A DNA stretch of 64,000 bases. Source: Clostridia bacterium (GTDB lineage: Bacteria > Bacillota > Clostridia > Oscillospirales > CAG-272). The stretch covers positions 4,146 through 68,145 of the forward strand of contig JAFQOG010000050.1 of assembly GCA_017420755.1 (NCBI GenBank), written 5' to 3'. The notes under the pieces were generated by a model that was given only the letters and a program-made list of their open reading frames with translations, was not told the DNA's origin and did no database searches. Shown here piece after piece: positions 7,120 to 18,334 of the stretch. How positions within the stretch are numbered: position 1 is the first letter of the stretch; each line of letters begins with the position of its first letter. Made by a program: the position numbers and the translations under genes.

Positions 7120-8646
7120 TTAGTTATCGCTTAAAGGCTTCATTGTTGGGAACAGTAGAACATCTCTGATTGATGCGCTATCGGTGAGGAGCATAACGAG
7201 GCGGTCGATGCCGAAGCCGAGGCCTCCTGTTGGGGGCATACCATATTCGAGGGCGTCGATGTAGTCGTAGTCTACCTCAGCCTTGGAGTCTGGTTCTTCC
7301 TTTAGCTTCTCTGCTACCTGCTCTTCAAATCTTCCCTTTTGGTCGATTGGGTCATTTAGCTCGCTAAATGCGTTACCGAACTCTGTCGCGTTGATAAAGT
7401 ACTCAAAGCGCTCGGTAAATGCTGGGTTAGTTGGCTTTCTCTTTGCAAGAGGGCTGTTCTCAACTGGGTAGTCATAGATAAATGTTGGCTGGATGAGCTT
7501 TTCTTCAACGTATGCGTCAAAGATTTCGATAAGAACTCTGCCCTTAGTTGCGTCGTCTGCCACCTCAACGTGTAGCTTCTTTGCAACCTCACGAGCTTCC
7601 TCGTCGCTTGCCCAGTCGTTATAGTCAACGCCAGCATATTTCTTAACTGCCTCAACCATAGTTAGTCTCTCCCAATTGCCCATATCAATTTCATTACCTT
7701 GATATGTAATCACTGTGGAGCCACAAACCTTCTCGGCGAGCATTTTGTACATTTCCTCAACCAAATCCATCATACCGTGATAGTCGGTAAATGCTTGGTA
7801 GAGCTCAATTGTTGTAAATTCCGGGTTATGCTTTGTGTCCATACCCTCGTTTCTAAAGATACGACCAACCTCGTAAACCTTGTGCATACCACCAACGATT
7901 AATCTCTTTAGGTATAGCTCGGTTTCGATACGGAGTGTCATATCAATGTCGAGTGTATTATGATGTGTCTTGAATGGACGAGCCGAAGCACCTATTTCCA
8001 TAGGTACTAAAATTGGAGTATCAACCTCTAAGAAGCCCTTGCCGTCAAGATAATTTCTGATTTCCTTTAAAATTTGTGAGCGCTTATAGAATGTGTCCTT
8101 AACCTCTGGATTAACGATTAGGTCAACGTATCTTTGTCTATATCTTTGCTCAAGATTAGTCAAGCCGTGATACTTTTCAGGGAGAGGACGGAGAGATTTT
8201 GAAAGAAGAACGGCACTTTTAGCGTGAATAGAAACCTCACCTGTTCTTGTTCTGAACAAAGCACCCTCAACACCGATAATATCGCCGATATCCCACTTTT
8301 TAAAGCCTGCATAGTCATCCTCGCCAAGGTCGTTCTTGGAAACGTAAAGCTGAACCTTGCCAGCCTCGTCGAGAAGATGTGCAAATGAAGCCTTACCCAT
8401 AATACGACGAGACATCATTCTGCCCGCAACGCGAACAATGATTTCCTCGCCCTCGCTAAGGGTTGCTTCCTTTTCCTCAAAAAGCTTGATTGCATCTTGG
8501 CTTAGATGAGTTACATCATATTTTGTAATTTCAAAGGGGTTCTTGCCCTCATCCTGCAAGGTCTTGAGCTTTTCCCTTCTTATAATCATTTGCTCGCTTA
8601 AATCCTCTTCAAGCGCCACATTTTCGTTATTTACTACTTCTGCCAT
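7120..8646 (-). CDS. lysS: lysine--tRNA ligase (class II)
   Basis: Full-length match in character to LysS: an OB anticodon domain, then class II motifs (FRNEG, GGLGFGIDRLVM). The start is moved to the ATG at 8646 (MAEVVNN). The track start at 8706 would overlap greA. Confidence 0.95.
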   Translation of the reverse strand: MAEVVNNENVALEEDLSEQMIIRREKLKTLQDEGKNPFEITKYDVTHLSQDAIKLFEEKEATLSEGEEIIVRVAGRMMSRRIMGKASFAHLLDEAGKVQLYVSKNDLGEDDYAGFKKWDIGDIIGVEGALFRTRTGEVSIHAKSAVLLSKSLRPLPEKYHGLTNLEQRYRQRYVDLIVNPEVKDTFYKRSQILKEIRNYLDGKGFLEVDTPILVPMEIGASARPFKTHHNTLDIDMTLRIETELYLKRLIVGGMHKVYEVGRIFRNEGMDTKHNPEFTTIELYQAFTDYHGMMDLVEEMYKMLAEKVCGSTVITYQGNEIDMGNWERLTMVEAVKKYAGVDYNDWASDEEAREVAKKLHVEVADDATKGRVLIEIFDAYVEEKLIQPTFIYDYPVENSPLAKRKPTNPAFTERFEYFINATEFGNAFSELNDPIDQKGRFEEQVAEKLKEEPDSKAEVDYDYIDALEYGMPPTGGLGFGIDRLVMLLTDSASIRDVLLFPTMKPLSDN

Positions 8647-8656
8647 TTTTTGTTCC

Positions 8657-9139
8657 TTATTTCTTTGTTCTTTCGAATGATACAATTTTTGCTTCCTTTT
8701 CACCAACAGGTGTAACGATTGTTACGCTATCTCCCTTTTTGTGACCAACAAGTGCCGAACCAATAGGTGAAAGGTCTGAAATTTTCTTTTCAAGAGGGTC
8801 AACCTCATTAGAAGAAACGATGTGGTATGTCACCTTTCTGCCATCCTCATATTTGATAGTAACAGATGAACCGATGCTAACAACATTTTTATCAATGTCC
8901 TCTTCTGAAACAACCTCACCGTTTTTGATAAGGAATTCAAGCTCGGCAATTCTATGCTCTACCTGTGCTTGAAGGTTCTTTGCTTCATCATACTCACTGT
9001 TTTCTGAAAGGTCACCGAAGCTTCTTGCTTCCTTCAAGAGTTCCTTAACCTCTTGACGACGTGTAATTTTTAAATATTCGAGCTCATCAATTAATTTTTG
9101 ATAGCCCTCTTGAGTATATTTGGTCTTTTGCTCTGCCAT
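8657..9139 (-). CDS. greA: transcription elongation factor GreA
   Basis: 160 aa with an N-terminal coiled coil (GDLSENSEYDEAK) and a C-terminal FKBP-like domain (SPIGSALVGHKKGD). Confidence 0.95.
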   Translation of the reverse strand: MAEQKTKYTQEGYQKLIDELEYLKITRRQEVKELLKEARSFGDLSENSEYDEAKNLQAQVEHRIAELEFLIKNGEVVSEEDIDKNVVSIGSSVTIKYEDGRKVTYHIVSSNEVDPLEKKISDLSPIGSALVGHKKGDSVTIVTPVGEKEAKIVSFERTKK

Positions 9140-9158
9140 TTTATTTACCTAACCTTTC

Positions 9159-10424
9159 TTACTGCTGGGGGTTTAGCGCCTCGTAGGCAACGCCAAGCTG
9201 ATTGTCCACAGCATCTGTAATTTCAAAATAATTTAATTCCTTGAGTGAGCCGTCAAGCTCAACCACCTTATCCGGTGTGATTCCAACACCATCGTAGTTA
9301 TCTGATTTTGGTGGGTTGTACATTTGAGTTGTTATGCGAAGTGCACCACCATTTGGTAATGTGAAGACCTCCTGCATACAGCCCTTGCCGTATGTTTTTG
9401 TGCCAACCACAACAGCCTTATTATAGTCTCTTAATGCACAAGTAAAAAGCTCACCTGCGCTTGCCGTTGCTCCGTCTGTTAAAACTGCCATAGGCACATT
9501 TATTTCATTTTTATCCGAATAGTGTGTATCAACGATAGTTCCGTCCGGATCTGTTATTTTTACAATTTCTCCTGCCGGAAGCAAGAAATCAAGTATTTCA
9601 AGACAGGAAGCGAGTGTTCCGCCCGGATTTGAACGCACATCAAACACAAGTGATGTACATCCATCAGCCAAAAGCTTATTTACTGCACCCTTAAATTGAC
9701 TTGGGGTTTCATTATTGAACTCAATTATGCGAACAATGCCAACCGTGCTATCAAGCGCGTATCTTCTATAAAATACGCTTTGAGCCTTGAATTCATTGCG
9801 TTCTATTTTAATTTCTTGTGTTTTGCCATCGCGAGTAATCTTAATTGTAACATTTGTACCAGGCTCACCAGCTATTTTGGCAATTGTTCCCTCATAGCCG
9901 AGGCTTGTTACAGCTTCACCATCGACATGTGTGATGATGTCGCCCTTTTTAACACCAGCCATTTGAGCGGGTGAATCTTGCATTACCTCTAAGATTTTAA
10001 TTCCTGTGTCGCCGTCCTTGTATCCCTTGACATAAACGCCGATACCAACATTTTTGCCGTCAAGCTCTCCCATCAGGCTCTCAACCTGTTCTGGTGGATA
10101 ATATACGCCATATCGGTCACCAACGCAAGCGATATAAGCATTCATAAGGTTATAAATCAACGCTTCCTTATTTATATCACTAACAAATCGTGATTGATAG
10201 AAATAATCGACCATTGCCAAGGCTTCAAAAAGCTCAGGATTTCTTTTCTCCTCTTCGAGCTCTGCCTGCCACGATTCAACTGCCGAGGTGGCACTTTCAT
10301 TCTTTTCCTTAAGGTCAATTAAGGAATTAACGGTTTGCACCACGGTAAATGTAACCGTGAATGTAACGATAATAGCAACGACAAGCGAAACTATTAGCGT
10401 CGTTAAATTAACTTTTCTTTGCAT
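9159..10424 (-). CDS. S41 family C-terminal processing peptidase with PDZ domain
   Basis: N-terminal TM helix, a PDZ domain (SPAQMAGVKKGDIITHVDG), an S41 Ser motif (TDGATASAGE) and a Lys motif (TYGKG). Confidence 0.85.
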   Translation of the reverse strand: MQRKVNLTTLIVSLVVAIIVTFTVTFTVVQTVNSLIDLKEKNESATSAVESWQAELEEEKRNPELFEALAMVDYFYQSRFVSDINKEALIYNLMNAYIACVGDRYGVYYPPEQVESLMGELDGKNVGIGVYVKGYKDGDTGIKILEVMQDSPAQMAGVKKGDIITHVDGEAVTSLGYEGTIAKIAGEPGTNVTIKITRDGKTQEIKIERNEFKAQSVFYRRYALDSTVGIVRIIEFNNETPSQFKGAVNKLLADGCTSLVFDVRSNPGGTLASCLEILDFLLPAGEIVKITDPDGTIVDTHYSDKNEINVPMAVLTDGATASAGELFTCALRDYNKAVVVGTKTYGKGCMQEVFTLPNGGALRITTQMYNPPKSDNYDGVGITPDKVVELDGSLKELNYFEITDAVDNQLGVAYEALNPQQ

Positions 10425-10460
10425 AATTTTCCTCTTACTTGGTTAATTTTTCAAGAGGTC

Positions 10461-11546
10461 TTAGAATTTTACCGGCTTAGATGTTAGATACTTTTTAACC
10501 ATCATAGCAACCTTGAATGTGATTGCATGATCAAATTCACGAAGATCAAGACCAGTAATTTTTCTAATCTTTTCAAGTCTATATACCAAGGTATTTCTAT
10601 GTACGAAAAGCTTTCTTGAGGTTTCCGATACATTTAAATTGTTTTCAAAAAATACTTGGATTGTATTTAATGTGTCTCTATCGAGTGTTTCGAGTGAGCC
10701 GTACTTAAATACCTCTGTTAAGAACATTTCGCAAAGGGTTGTTGGAAGCTGATAAATAAGACGACCGATACCAAGATTTTCATAGCTGATAATTTCTCTT
10801 TCGCTTTCGAAAACCTTGCCAACCTCAATTGCAATTTGTGATTCCTTGTATGAGCGTGCAAGATCCTTAATGTTTTCTACTATTGTACCGATACCGATAC
10901 CAACCTTGCAGTAAAATTCAGAGCCTATGGTGTCGCAAATGCCTTGCGCAAGCTGTTCAACATCACCACTTGTTGCATCTGCATCAAGTCCTTTAACGAT
11001 AACAACATCCTGTTCACCTGTTGAAATAACAAAGTCCTTTGCTTTGTCTGGGAACATATTTTGAATAACGTCGAATGGAGAAACATCGCTTCTTGTGTAG
11101 AAACGAGCCAACAAAACTGCTCTTTTCTCGTTTCCGTCAAAGTGGAGCTCCTTGCTCTTTGCATAAATATCACTTGGTAAAATATTGTCCATAATGATAT
11201 TTTTGATGAATGAGCTTTTGTCACTCTTTTCGTCGTAGTATTCCTTTATGTTTGAAAGCGAGATTGCCAAAATAGCAGAATATTTCTCTGCTGTTTTATC
11301 TTCACCCTCAACAAAAACGATAAATTCGGGGGTAGCGCCATTGCCTATATGATGATATGTGTAGCCGTCAACAGCCTTTATATCTGTCGTATAGGACATT
11401 TCCTCTTTCGCTTTTACACGAGTCTCTCCAATTATAGAAAGCTCGCTACAAGCGATTACAAGACCACTCTCGTCAATAACGCCGATAACACGGTCGAGTG
11501 CCGGTTGCATTTGATGGATTATGCCTTGGAACAATCTGTTTGACAT
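10461..11546 (-). CDS. PucR/CdaR family transcriptional regulator
   Basis: C-terminal PucR HTH (SETSRKLFVHRNTLVYRLEKIRKITGLD). The start is set at the ATG at 11546 (MSNRLFQ), 5 nt after GGAGG. Confidence 0.75.
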   Translation of the reverse strand: MSNRLFQGIIHQMQPALDRVIGVIDESGLVIACSELSIIGETRVKAKEEMSYTTDIKAVDGYTYHHIGNGATPEFIVFVEGEDKTAEKYSAILAISLSNIKEYYDEKSDKSSFIKNIIMDNILPSDIYAKSKELHFDGNEKRAVLLARFYTRSDVSPFDVIQNMFPDKAKDFVISTGEQDVVIVKGLDADATSGDVEQLAQGICDTIGSEFYCKVGIGIGTIVENIKDLARSYKESQIAIEVGKVFESEREIISYENLGIGRLIYQLPTTLCEMFLTEVFKYGSLETLDRDTLNTIQVFFENNLNVSETSRKLFVHRNTLVYRLEKIRKITGLDLREFDHAITFKVAMMVKKYLTSKPVKF

Positions 11547-11733
11547 AAAAACCTCCATTGTTTTTGTCTGTTTTTCTTTTGTGCACTTTTGTTAACTTTT
11601 GTGCAATTTGTGCACTTGTATTATCTATATTACACTATTTTGTTGTGTTTTTCAATAGTTTTTTTGATATTTTTTTGTGAAAATTGCACATTATTTTGTC
11701 AAAATAACCAAATTGGCAATTTTTTGTATGCTT

Positions 11734-12480
11734 TTACATTTCGGTTTCGTATGCAATGCACGAAAGAACAAAGGTTGGTGCCGTTTCGCATCTCAAGATT
11801 CGTTTTCCAAGAGAAACGCTCCTTGCCCCTGCCTCTATTATATAGTCTGCCTCTTTCACACTAAACCCGCCCTCTGCGCCGATTATAACGGAAATTTTAC
11901 CATTTGACGGATTTTCCTTTAGGGCTTGCTTTAAGCTCACCTTATCTTCTCTTTCGTTGCAAAAAATAACAAGGGATGAGTCCATAGCCGTTTTTATTGC
12001 ATCTTCAAAATTCAAAACGGTATTAACCTGAGGGATAATGCCTCTGCCCGATTGCTTAGCTCCACCCTCGGCAATTTTTTGCCATCTTTCTCTTTTCTTT
12101 TCAGCATCCTTAGAATCGAGCTTGACAATACATCTTTCACTTCTAAATGGAACGATTTTTGTAACACCACATTCGGTTGTCTTTTGAATTATAGTTTCCA
12201 TCTTGTCGCTTTTCGGGAGCGCTTGAAAAAGAATTATTTCGTATTTTGGCTCGCTTTGTACCTTGCTTTCTTCCAAAACTCTTGCAAAAACTTCCTTTTC
12301 CGTAAACTCTGTCAGCTCACAAAGATAAACATAGCCCTCGCTGCTTGACACCTCTATTCTCTCCTTTGTCGCCATTCTTAACGACCTTGAGATATGGTGT
12401 GCGTCCTCACCAGTTATTATTACTCTTTTTTCACCATTTTCTTCAACGATATTTTCTTTACTAATAAAAAATCTTGGCAT
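11734..12480 (-). CDS. rsmE: 16S rRNA (uracil1498-N3)-methyltransferase
   Basis: 248 aa with an MPRFF N-terminus, a PUA-like domain, and a SPOUT C-terminus (IGAEGGFS...LGKRILRCETA). Confidence 0.9.
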   Translation of the reverse strand: MPRFFISKENIVEENGEKRVIITGEDAHHISRSLRMATKERIEVSSSEGYVYLCELTEFTEKEVFARVLEESKVQSEPKYEIILFQALPKSDKMETIIQKTTECGVTKIVPFRSERCIVKLDSKDAEKKRERWQKIAEGGAKQSGRGIIPQVNTVLNFEDAIKTAMDSSLVIFCNEREDKVSLKQALKENPSNGKISVIIGAEGGFSVKEADYIIEAGARSVSLGKRILRCETAPTFVLSCIAYETEM

Positions 12481-12545
12481 TTTTACCTCTTTAAAAGTTA
12501 ATCTTTATTATAATATAGCATTAAGGTTATATTTTGTCAATATAA

Positions 12546-12573
12546 AATACGCACTACCGAAATAGTGCGTATT
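12546..12573 (-). terminator. hairpin terminator between prmA and rsmE
   Basis: AATACGCACTA-N6-TAGTGCGTATT. On the minus strand it is followed by TTATATT. Confidence 0.45.
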
Positions 12574-12577
12574 GGGT

Positions 12578-13504
12578 TTATTTTTTCAAAAGGCTAATTG
12601 CACACCAGCCGTTTTCGTGAATTTCATCAACTATTTTAAATCCGTTTTCGTTTATTGATTTATAAACATCCTCGCATCTTTCGTCAATAATTCCCGAAAT
12701 CACAAGGGCTGTTTTTTCGTGCATAAACTTACCAATATCAGGTAAAAGTCTGATTATAATATCTGCAACAATGTTTGCAGTTATTACATCGTATTTGCCT
12801 TCCTTCACACCCTTTAGTAGGTCTGACACGCCACACTCAATATTGGTAACATCATTGTCCTTAACGTTTTCCCTTGCCACCTTAACAGCAACAGGGTCAA
12901 TATCGTATGCATAGCACTCCTTTGCGCCTAATTTTGATGCGCAAATTGCAAGTATTCCGCTACCGCATCCAACATCAAGCATTATGGAGCTACTATCAAC
13001 ATACTTTTCAAGAAGTGTCGCGCAAAGACGTGTGGTTTCGTGTGTTCCTGTGCCAAATGCCATACCTGGGTCCATCTTAACGATGACCTCGCCGTTTTCG
13101 GCATTATATTTTTCCCACATAGGAACAACAACTAATTTTTCACCAATTTTTATAGGCTTATAATATTGCTTCCAAGAGTCTGCCCAATCCTCCTCGCAAA
13201 GAGAAATAAGGTCTATTGTAGCATCAACACCAAGCTGATTCAAGCGCTCCTTGATAAATGCAACGTGGTCAGTCACAGGCTTGTCAGCCGAAACATAAGC
13301 AGAAACAGAAACAACTGTTTTGTCAGCATTTAAAACGCTTTCATCAATCAAATCTCCATAAACCCCATCAAGAATTCTTTCCTCAAGGTCGGAATAGTCC
13401 TCGATTTGAAGTCCGTTTGAAATCATGCTCATAACAGCAGTTATTGAATCAAGGTTCTCGGTTTTCGAGCTAACCTTTATTTGTATCCATTTATTGTCTT
13501 CCAT
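12578..13504 (-). CDS. prmA: ribosomal protein L11 methyltransferase
   Basis: 308 aa with the DPGMAFGTGTHETT motif and the SAM-binding motif LDVGCGSGILA. Confidence 0.92.
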   Translation of the reverse strand: MEDNKWIQIKVSSKTENLDSITAVMSMISNGLQIEDYSDLEERILDGVYGDLIDESVLNADKTVVSVSAYVSADKPVTDHVAFIKERLNQLGVDATIDLISLCEEDWADSWKQYYKPIKIGEKLVVVPMWEKYNAENGEVIVKMDPGMAFGTGTHETTRLCATLLEKYVDSSSIMLDVGCGSGILAICASKLGAKECYAYDIDPVAVKVARENVKDNDVTNIECGVSDLLKGVKEGKYDVITANIVADIIIRLLPDIGKFMHEKTALVISGIIDERCEDVYKSINENGFKIVDEIHENGWCAISLLKK

Positions 13505-13513
13505 AAAAAGCCC

Positions 13514-14644
13514 TTACTTTCTTGGTTTTTTGAAAAATCCGGTTTTCTTTGCAAAATTCTTTTCTCCGCAGCTCTCTCCAAACGAGCGCATGATTTTCTT
13601 CTGCTCCGAGCTTAGCCCCTTAGGAGTTTCAACAACCACAGTAACGTAAAGGTTGCCCTTGCCCTTAGAATTAATCATCGGGACGCCTCTGCCTTTAACT
13701 GTAAAGACTGTTCCAGTTTGAGTTCCCTCAGGAATCTCTAATTGAGTATCGCCCTCTAACGTTGGAATAGTCAGAGTTGCGCCAAGAGTTGCATCAATAA
13801 TTGTGATTGGAACCTCGTAATAAATATCAAATCCATCGCGCTCGAAAAGGGTATGTGGTCTTACACTAACTTGAATAATCAAGTCACCTGCATATCCACC
13901 ATTTTTGCCCTCGTTTCCTTGACCGCGAAGAACAATTCTTTGTCCGTCATCAATTCCTGATGGGATTGAAACGTCGAGCTTCTTAGTTATTCTTACCAAG
14001 CCCTTACCCTTACAGTTAGAGCATGGCTTTTTAATAATCTTGCCTGTACCATTACAGTCTGGACAGCCACGTGTGGTTTGAGTCATACCGAAAATAGTTC
14101 TTTGCTGAACGGTTATTGTACCCCTGCCGCCACATCTACTACATTTTTCTATATCAGTGCCCTTTTGCGCGCCAGAGCCGCCACAATCAGAGCATTTTTG
14201 AATTTTAGGGAAGGAAATTTCCTTCTTGCATCCAAAAACAGCCTCTTCAAATGAAATAGCAATTCTAACAGTAATGTCCTCGCCATCGATTGGTGCGTTT
14301 GCACGATTTGTATAGGACGATGCTCCTCCACCAAAAATTGACGAGAAAATATCATTCATATCAAATCCGTCAAAGCCACCAAAGCCACTTGCACCATAGC
14401 CTCCACCTGCACCCGGATCGAATGCGGCGTGACCAAATTGGTCATATTTCGCTTTCTTTTCTTCATCTGAAAGAACGGAATATGCCTCGTTCACCTCTTT
14501 GAACTTCTGCTCCGCCTCGGCGTTGCCCGGGTTCATATCAGGGTGATATTGCTTAGCCATTTTTCTATATGCTTTTTTTATTTCATCTTGGCTTGCGCTT
14601 TTATCTACACCAAGCGTTTCGTAATAATCTCTTTTGTCTGCCAT
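13514..14644 (-). CDS. dnaJ: molecular chaperone DnaJ
   Basis: J-domain with HPD, a G/F region, and four CxxCxGxG zinc motifs. The ATG at 14644 (MADKRDYY) is preferred over the TTG at 14650. Confidence 0.95.
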   Translation of the reverse strand: MADKRDYYETLGVDKSASQDEIKKAYRKMAKQYHPDMNPGNAEAEQKFKEVNEAYSVLSDEEKKAKYDQFGHAAFDPGAGGGYGASGFGGFDGFDMNDIFSSIFGGGASSYTNRANAPIDGEDITVRIAISFEEAVFGCKKEISFPKIQKCSDCGGSGAQKGTDIEKCSRCGGRGTITVQQRTIFGMTQTTRGCPDCNGTGKIIKKPCSNCKGKGLVRITKKLDVSIPSGIDDGQRIVLRGQGNEGKNGGYAGDLIIQVSVRPHTLFERDGFDIYYEVPITIIDATLGATLTIPTLEGDTQLEIPEGTQTGTVFTVKGRGVPMINSKGKGNLYVTVVVETPKGLSSEQKKIMRSFGESCGEKNFAKKTGFFKKPRK

Positions 14645-14694
14645 CTTCAATCCATTCTAACAAGCTACTTGTTATTTTCTTATTATGTACCTTT

Positions 14695-14721
14695 GGGACT
14701 GCCTAAAAATTCGGCAGTCCC
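14695..14721. promoter_or_regulatory. 9-bp GC-rich hairpin between dnaK and dnaJ
   Basis: GGGACTGCC-N9-GGCAGTCCC. There is no clean T-run on the minus strand, so it is probably an mRNA processing, stability or partial-termination element. Confidence 0.4.
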
Positions 14722-14736
14722 TTATGGTTTTACAAA

Positions 14737-16572
14737 TTATTTATCTGTTTTGTCCTCAAAATCAGCATTGTAATATGTGCCGTCGTTTCCAGCCTCGCCG
14801 CCTTGGAAGCCACCCTCAGCACCACCTTGTGCTGCTTGAGCCTCCTTATAAAGCTTTTCGCTGATTGCATAGAAGGATTTTTCAAGAGCCTCTGTATCTC
14901 TCTTGATTGCCTCGATATCGTTACCCTTAACGGTTTCCTTAAGAGTATCTATAGCAGCTTGAACATCTGCCTTTTCTCCGTCTGTTACCTTGTCGCCAAG
15001 GTCAGAAAGTGTCTTTTCGCTTTGGAAAATCATATGCTCAGCGCGGTTCTTTGTTTCAACTGCTTCCTTAGCCTTTTTATCTTCCTCTGCAAACTTCTCC
15101 GCTTCCTTAACTGCGCGATCGATATCCTCCTCGCTCATATTAGTTGAAGAAGTGATTGTGATGTGTTGCTCCTTGCCAGTGCCCTTATCCTTTGCGCTTA
15201 CGTTTACAATACCGTTTGCGTCAATGTCGAAGGTAACCTCGATTTGTGGGATTCCACGTGGAGCTGGTGCAATACCATCAAGTGAGAATAGACCAAGAGT
15301 CTTGTTGCCTGATGCCATTTCTCTTTCACCCTGTAAAACGTGAATTTGAACAGATGTTTGGCTATCTGCTGCTGTTGAGAATACTTGGCTTCTCTTTGTT
15401 GGGATTGTTGTATTTCTTTCGATAATCTTTGTGCAAACACCACCGAGTGTCTCAATACCAAGTGAAAGTGGAGTTACGTCAAGAAGCAAGATATCCTTTG
15501 CCTCGCCACCAAGAACGCCACCTTGAATTGCAGCACCCATAGCAACGCACTCGTCTGGGTTGATTCCCTTGAAAGGCTCCTTGCCGATAAATTTCTTAAG
15601 TGCCTCTTGAACCGCTGGAATTCTTGATGAACCACCAACCAAGATAACCTTATTGATATCAGATGCCGAAAGCTTTGCGTCCTTAAGAGCTTGCTTTGTC
15701 GGAGCCATGGTAGCTTCAACCAAGTCAGCTGTTAATTCGTCAAACTTAGCGCGTGAAAGGTCAGCATCAAAGTGCTTAGGGCCTGTTGCATCTGCTGTTA
15801 TAAATGGAAGGTTAATATTTGTTGTTGTTACGCCTGAAAGCTCAATCTTAGCCTTTTCAGCAGCTTCCTTAAGTCTTTGGTGAGCCATATTGTCAAGGCG
15901 AAGGTCGATTCCATATTCAGCCTTGAATTGGTTTGCAATCCAGTCAATAATCTTCTTGTCGAAGTCATCACCACCGAGACGGTTGTTACCGGCTGTTGCC
16001 AAAACCTCAACTACACCATCGCCAGTGATATCAAGGATTGATACGTCGAATGTACCACCACCAAGGTCGAATACCATAATCTTTTGGTCCTCTTCCTTAT
16101 CCATGCCGAATGCAAGAGCTGCTGCTGTTGGCTCGTTGATAATTCTCTTAACCTCAAGTCCTGCAATCTTACCTGCGTCCTTTGTTGCTTGTCTTTGTGC
16201 ATCGCTGAAATAAGCAGGAACTGTGATAACGGCCTCTGTTACTGTTGTGCCAAGATAAGCCTCTGCATCAGCCTTCAATTTTTGAAGCACCATAGCAGAA
16301 ATCTCTTGAGGAGTGTATGATTTTGAGTCGATTGTCACCTTGTAATTTGAACCCATTTCTCTTTTAATTGAGCTAACTGTTCTTTCAGGGTTGGTAATTG
16401 CTTGACGCTTTGCAACCTGACCTACAAGTCTTTCGCCACTCTTTGTGAATGCAACAACTGATGGTGTTGTTCTTGCGCCTTCTGGATTTGGTATTACGAC
16501 AGGCTCGCCGCCTTCAAATACTGCTACGCAAGAGTTTGTTGTACCTAAGTCTATTCCTATAATTTTTCCCAT
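14737..16572 (-). CDS. dnaK: molecular chaperone DnaK (Hsp70)
   Basis: 611 aa with [18 protein letters not shown] and the other Hsp70 signatures. GGAGG RBS present. Confidence 0.98.
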   Translation of the reverse strand: MGKIIGIDLGTTNSCVAVFEGGEPVVIPNPEGARTTPSVVAFTKSGERLVGQVAKRQAITNPERTVSSIKREMGSNYKVTIDSKSYTPQEISAMVLQKLKADAEAYLGTTVTEAVITVPAYFSDAQRQATKDAGKIAGLEVKRIINEPTAAALAFGMDKEEDQKIMVFDLGGGTFDVSILDITGDGVVEVLATAGNNRLGGDDFDKKIIDWIANQFKAEYGIDLRLDNMAHQRLKEAAEKAKIELSGVTTTNINLPFITADATGPKHFDADLSRAKFDELTADLVEATMAPTKQALKDAKLSASDINKVILVGGSSRIPAVQEALKKFIGKEPFKGINPDECVAMGAAIQGGVLGGEAKDILLLDVTPLSLGIETLGGVCTKIIERNTTIPTKRSQVFSTAADSQTSVQIHVLQGEREMASGNKTLGLFSLDGIAPAPRGIPQIEVTFDIDANGIVNVSAKDKGTGKEQHITITSSTNMSEEDIDRAVKEAEKFAEEDKKAKEAVETKNRAEHMIFQSEKTLSDLGDKVTDGEKADVQAAIDTLKETVKGNDIEAIKRDTEALEKSFYAISEKLYKEAQAAQGGAEGGFQGGEAGNDGTYYNADFEDKTDK

Positions 16573-16680
16573 TTTAATTTTCCTCCATATGAGTTATTTA
16601 TTTTACGCCTTTAGCGTTTTTTACTAAGTTAATTGAAGCCTTTTGATCCTTCGGCTCCTATAAGGATGATGCACATAGCA

Positions 16681-17208
16681 TCAGTTTGCAACCTTTACCA
16701 TTGCATATCTTACTACTCTTTCGCCGAGGATATAACCCTTTTGGAAAACCTCAACGATTTCGCCCTCTCCAAACGATTCATCATCTATATGCATTACTGC
16801 ATTATGAATATTTGGGTCAAACGTTTTGGTTTCGATTTCCTTAACGCCCATTTTTTCAAGAGTTTGGTGAACGGAAGCGATTATCAATTCCATTCCCTTT
16901 CTTGTGTCCTCGTCCTTTGCATATTCAAGCGCTCTTTCAATGTTATCAACAACCGGTATAAGCTGTTTTACTGCATCAAGGTATGCATCCTGATAAATCA
17001 AGTCGCGCTCCTTCAAGGTTCTTTTACGAAAGTTATCATACTCTGCGATTGTTCTTAAATACTTGTCTGTCGCTTCGTCGCATTTTGATGTTAAATCGTT
17101 AATTTTTTCATCAGCTTCCTTTAAAAGCGCGTCCTTTTCTACGCAACCATTGCACATTTCAATTTTTTCAGCTGTTTCGTTTATTGCTTCTTGCTCGTTT
17201 ATATTCAT
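16681..17208 (-). CDS. grpE: nucleotide exchange factor GrpE
   Basis: 175 aa. The AEYDNFRKR motif is present. The start forms an ATGA overlap with the hrcA stop. Confidence 0.93.
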   Translation of the reverse strand: MNINEQEAINETAEKIEMCNGCVEKDALLKEADEKINDLTSKCDEATDKYLRTIAEYDNFRKRTLKERDLIYQDAYLDAVKQLIPVVDNIERALEYAKDEDTRKGMELIIASVHQTLEKMGVKEIETKTFDPNIHNAVMHIDDESFGEGEIVEVFQKGYILGERVVRYAMVKVAN

Positions 17209-18317
17209 TTCTGTTCATCACTTTCTTCATTTTTTGCACTCGGCAACGCGTTTAAATCCGAAAGCTTGCTAATTTCCTCAGAAAGCTGGTCGATTGTTGA
17301 AAGCACCTTTGAATAGTCCATTCTGCAAGGTCCTATAATTCCAATCGCGCCAATTGTCTTTCCGTTAAGCTTCAGATTCTTATAAATAAGCGTTGAGTCA
17401 TCCATTATTTTCACCATATTTTCAGAGCCAATGAAAATTTTTGTGTCATCATCGCTTTGGTCAATTGTGCTGACCGCACGAATGATATCTTCCTTATTCT
17501 CTATTGTTGATATCATTTTTTGTAGTTTGTCAAGGTTTTTATATTCAGGATATTCAAGAAGTCTATTTACGCCCTCAAATTTGATATCAGAGCCAAGCTC
17601 GTTCATTGCCTCGTAGATACTCTTAACCGTGATGGAAACAAGCTCCTCTGCCATTTGCATATCGGAACTAACCAATTCCTTCAGTTGTGCGTTCATCGAC
17701 ATCATAAGGTGAATATTGATGCCGTCCACACTAACACCAGAAAGGTTAAGATTTAAAACCTTTGAAAGGGATAAAACATCCTCAGGAGTAATATCAAATG
17801 AAATATTAACTCTTTTTGTTTTTACGCTTTCTGTTGCTTGTGCTATCATTATAATTAAATATGAGCGCGAGTCAAGATAAACCACCTCGTATTTTTTAAT
17901 GGTAACGCTCGACATACGTGGACGCAAGGAAAGCGCCGTATAGTTTGTCATAGCAGAGGCAACCTTTGTTGCATTATCAAGAATCTTATCGATTTCCGAC
18001 ATCTTAAAGGAAAGAAGCTTTTTTAATTCTCCCGCTTCCTTTGTTTTGGTATCGTACTGAGAAACTAACGTATCAACATAAAATCTATATCCCAGCTCTG
18101 AAGGAATACGACCTGCCGAGGTATGAGGCTTTTCAAGATAGCCAAGCTCCTCAAGCTCTGCCATTTCGTTTCTTATGGTAGCTGACGAATAAGCAATTCC
18201 CATCTCTTGAGTGAGATATTTTGAGCCAACAGGCTCACCGAGCTTAATATGCGCTTCTACAATAGCTCTTAGTATTAATTTTTTTCTATCGCTTAACATA
18301 CTTTCCTCGTAACTCAT
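17205..18317 (-). CDS. hrcA: heat-inducible transcription repressor HrcA
   Basis: The N-terminal winged HTH (RKKLILRAIVEAHIKLGEPVGSKYL) is typical of HrcA. The start is set at the ATG at 18317 with a GGGGA RBS. The track's GTG at 18341 lies inside the CIRCE operator. Confidence 0.9.
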   Translation of the reverse strand: MSYEESMLSDRKKLILRAIVEAHIKLGEPVGSKYLTQEMGIAYSSATIRNEMAELEELGYLEKPHTSAGRIPSELGYRFYVDTLVSQYDTKTKEAGELKKLLSFKMSEIDKILDNATKVASAMTNYTALSLRPRMSSVTIKKYEVVYLDSRSYLIIMIAQATESVKTKRVNISFDITPEDVLSLSKVLNLNLSGVSVDGINIHLMMSMNAQLKELVSSDMQMAEELVSITVKSIYEAMNELGSDIKFEGVNRLLEYPEYKNLDKLQKMISTIENKEDIIRAVSTIDQSDDDTKIFIGSENMVKIMDDSTLIYKNLKLNGKTIGAIGIIGPCRMDYSKVLSTIDQLSEEISKLSDLNALPSAKNEESDEQK

Positions 18318-18334
18318 TCGCCATCCCCTTTCTT

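Noticed and set aside
8647-8706. Upstream extension of lysS (MVKRKQKLYHSKEQRNKEQK) given by the ORF track
   Set aside because: It would overlap the 3' end of greA by 50 nt. The ATG at 8646 gives a normal LysS N-terminus and a 10-nt intergenic gap.
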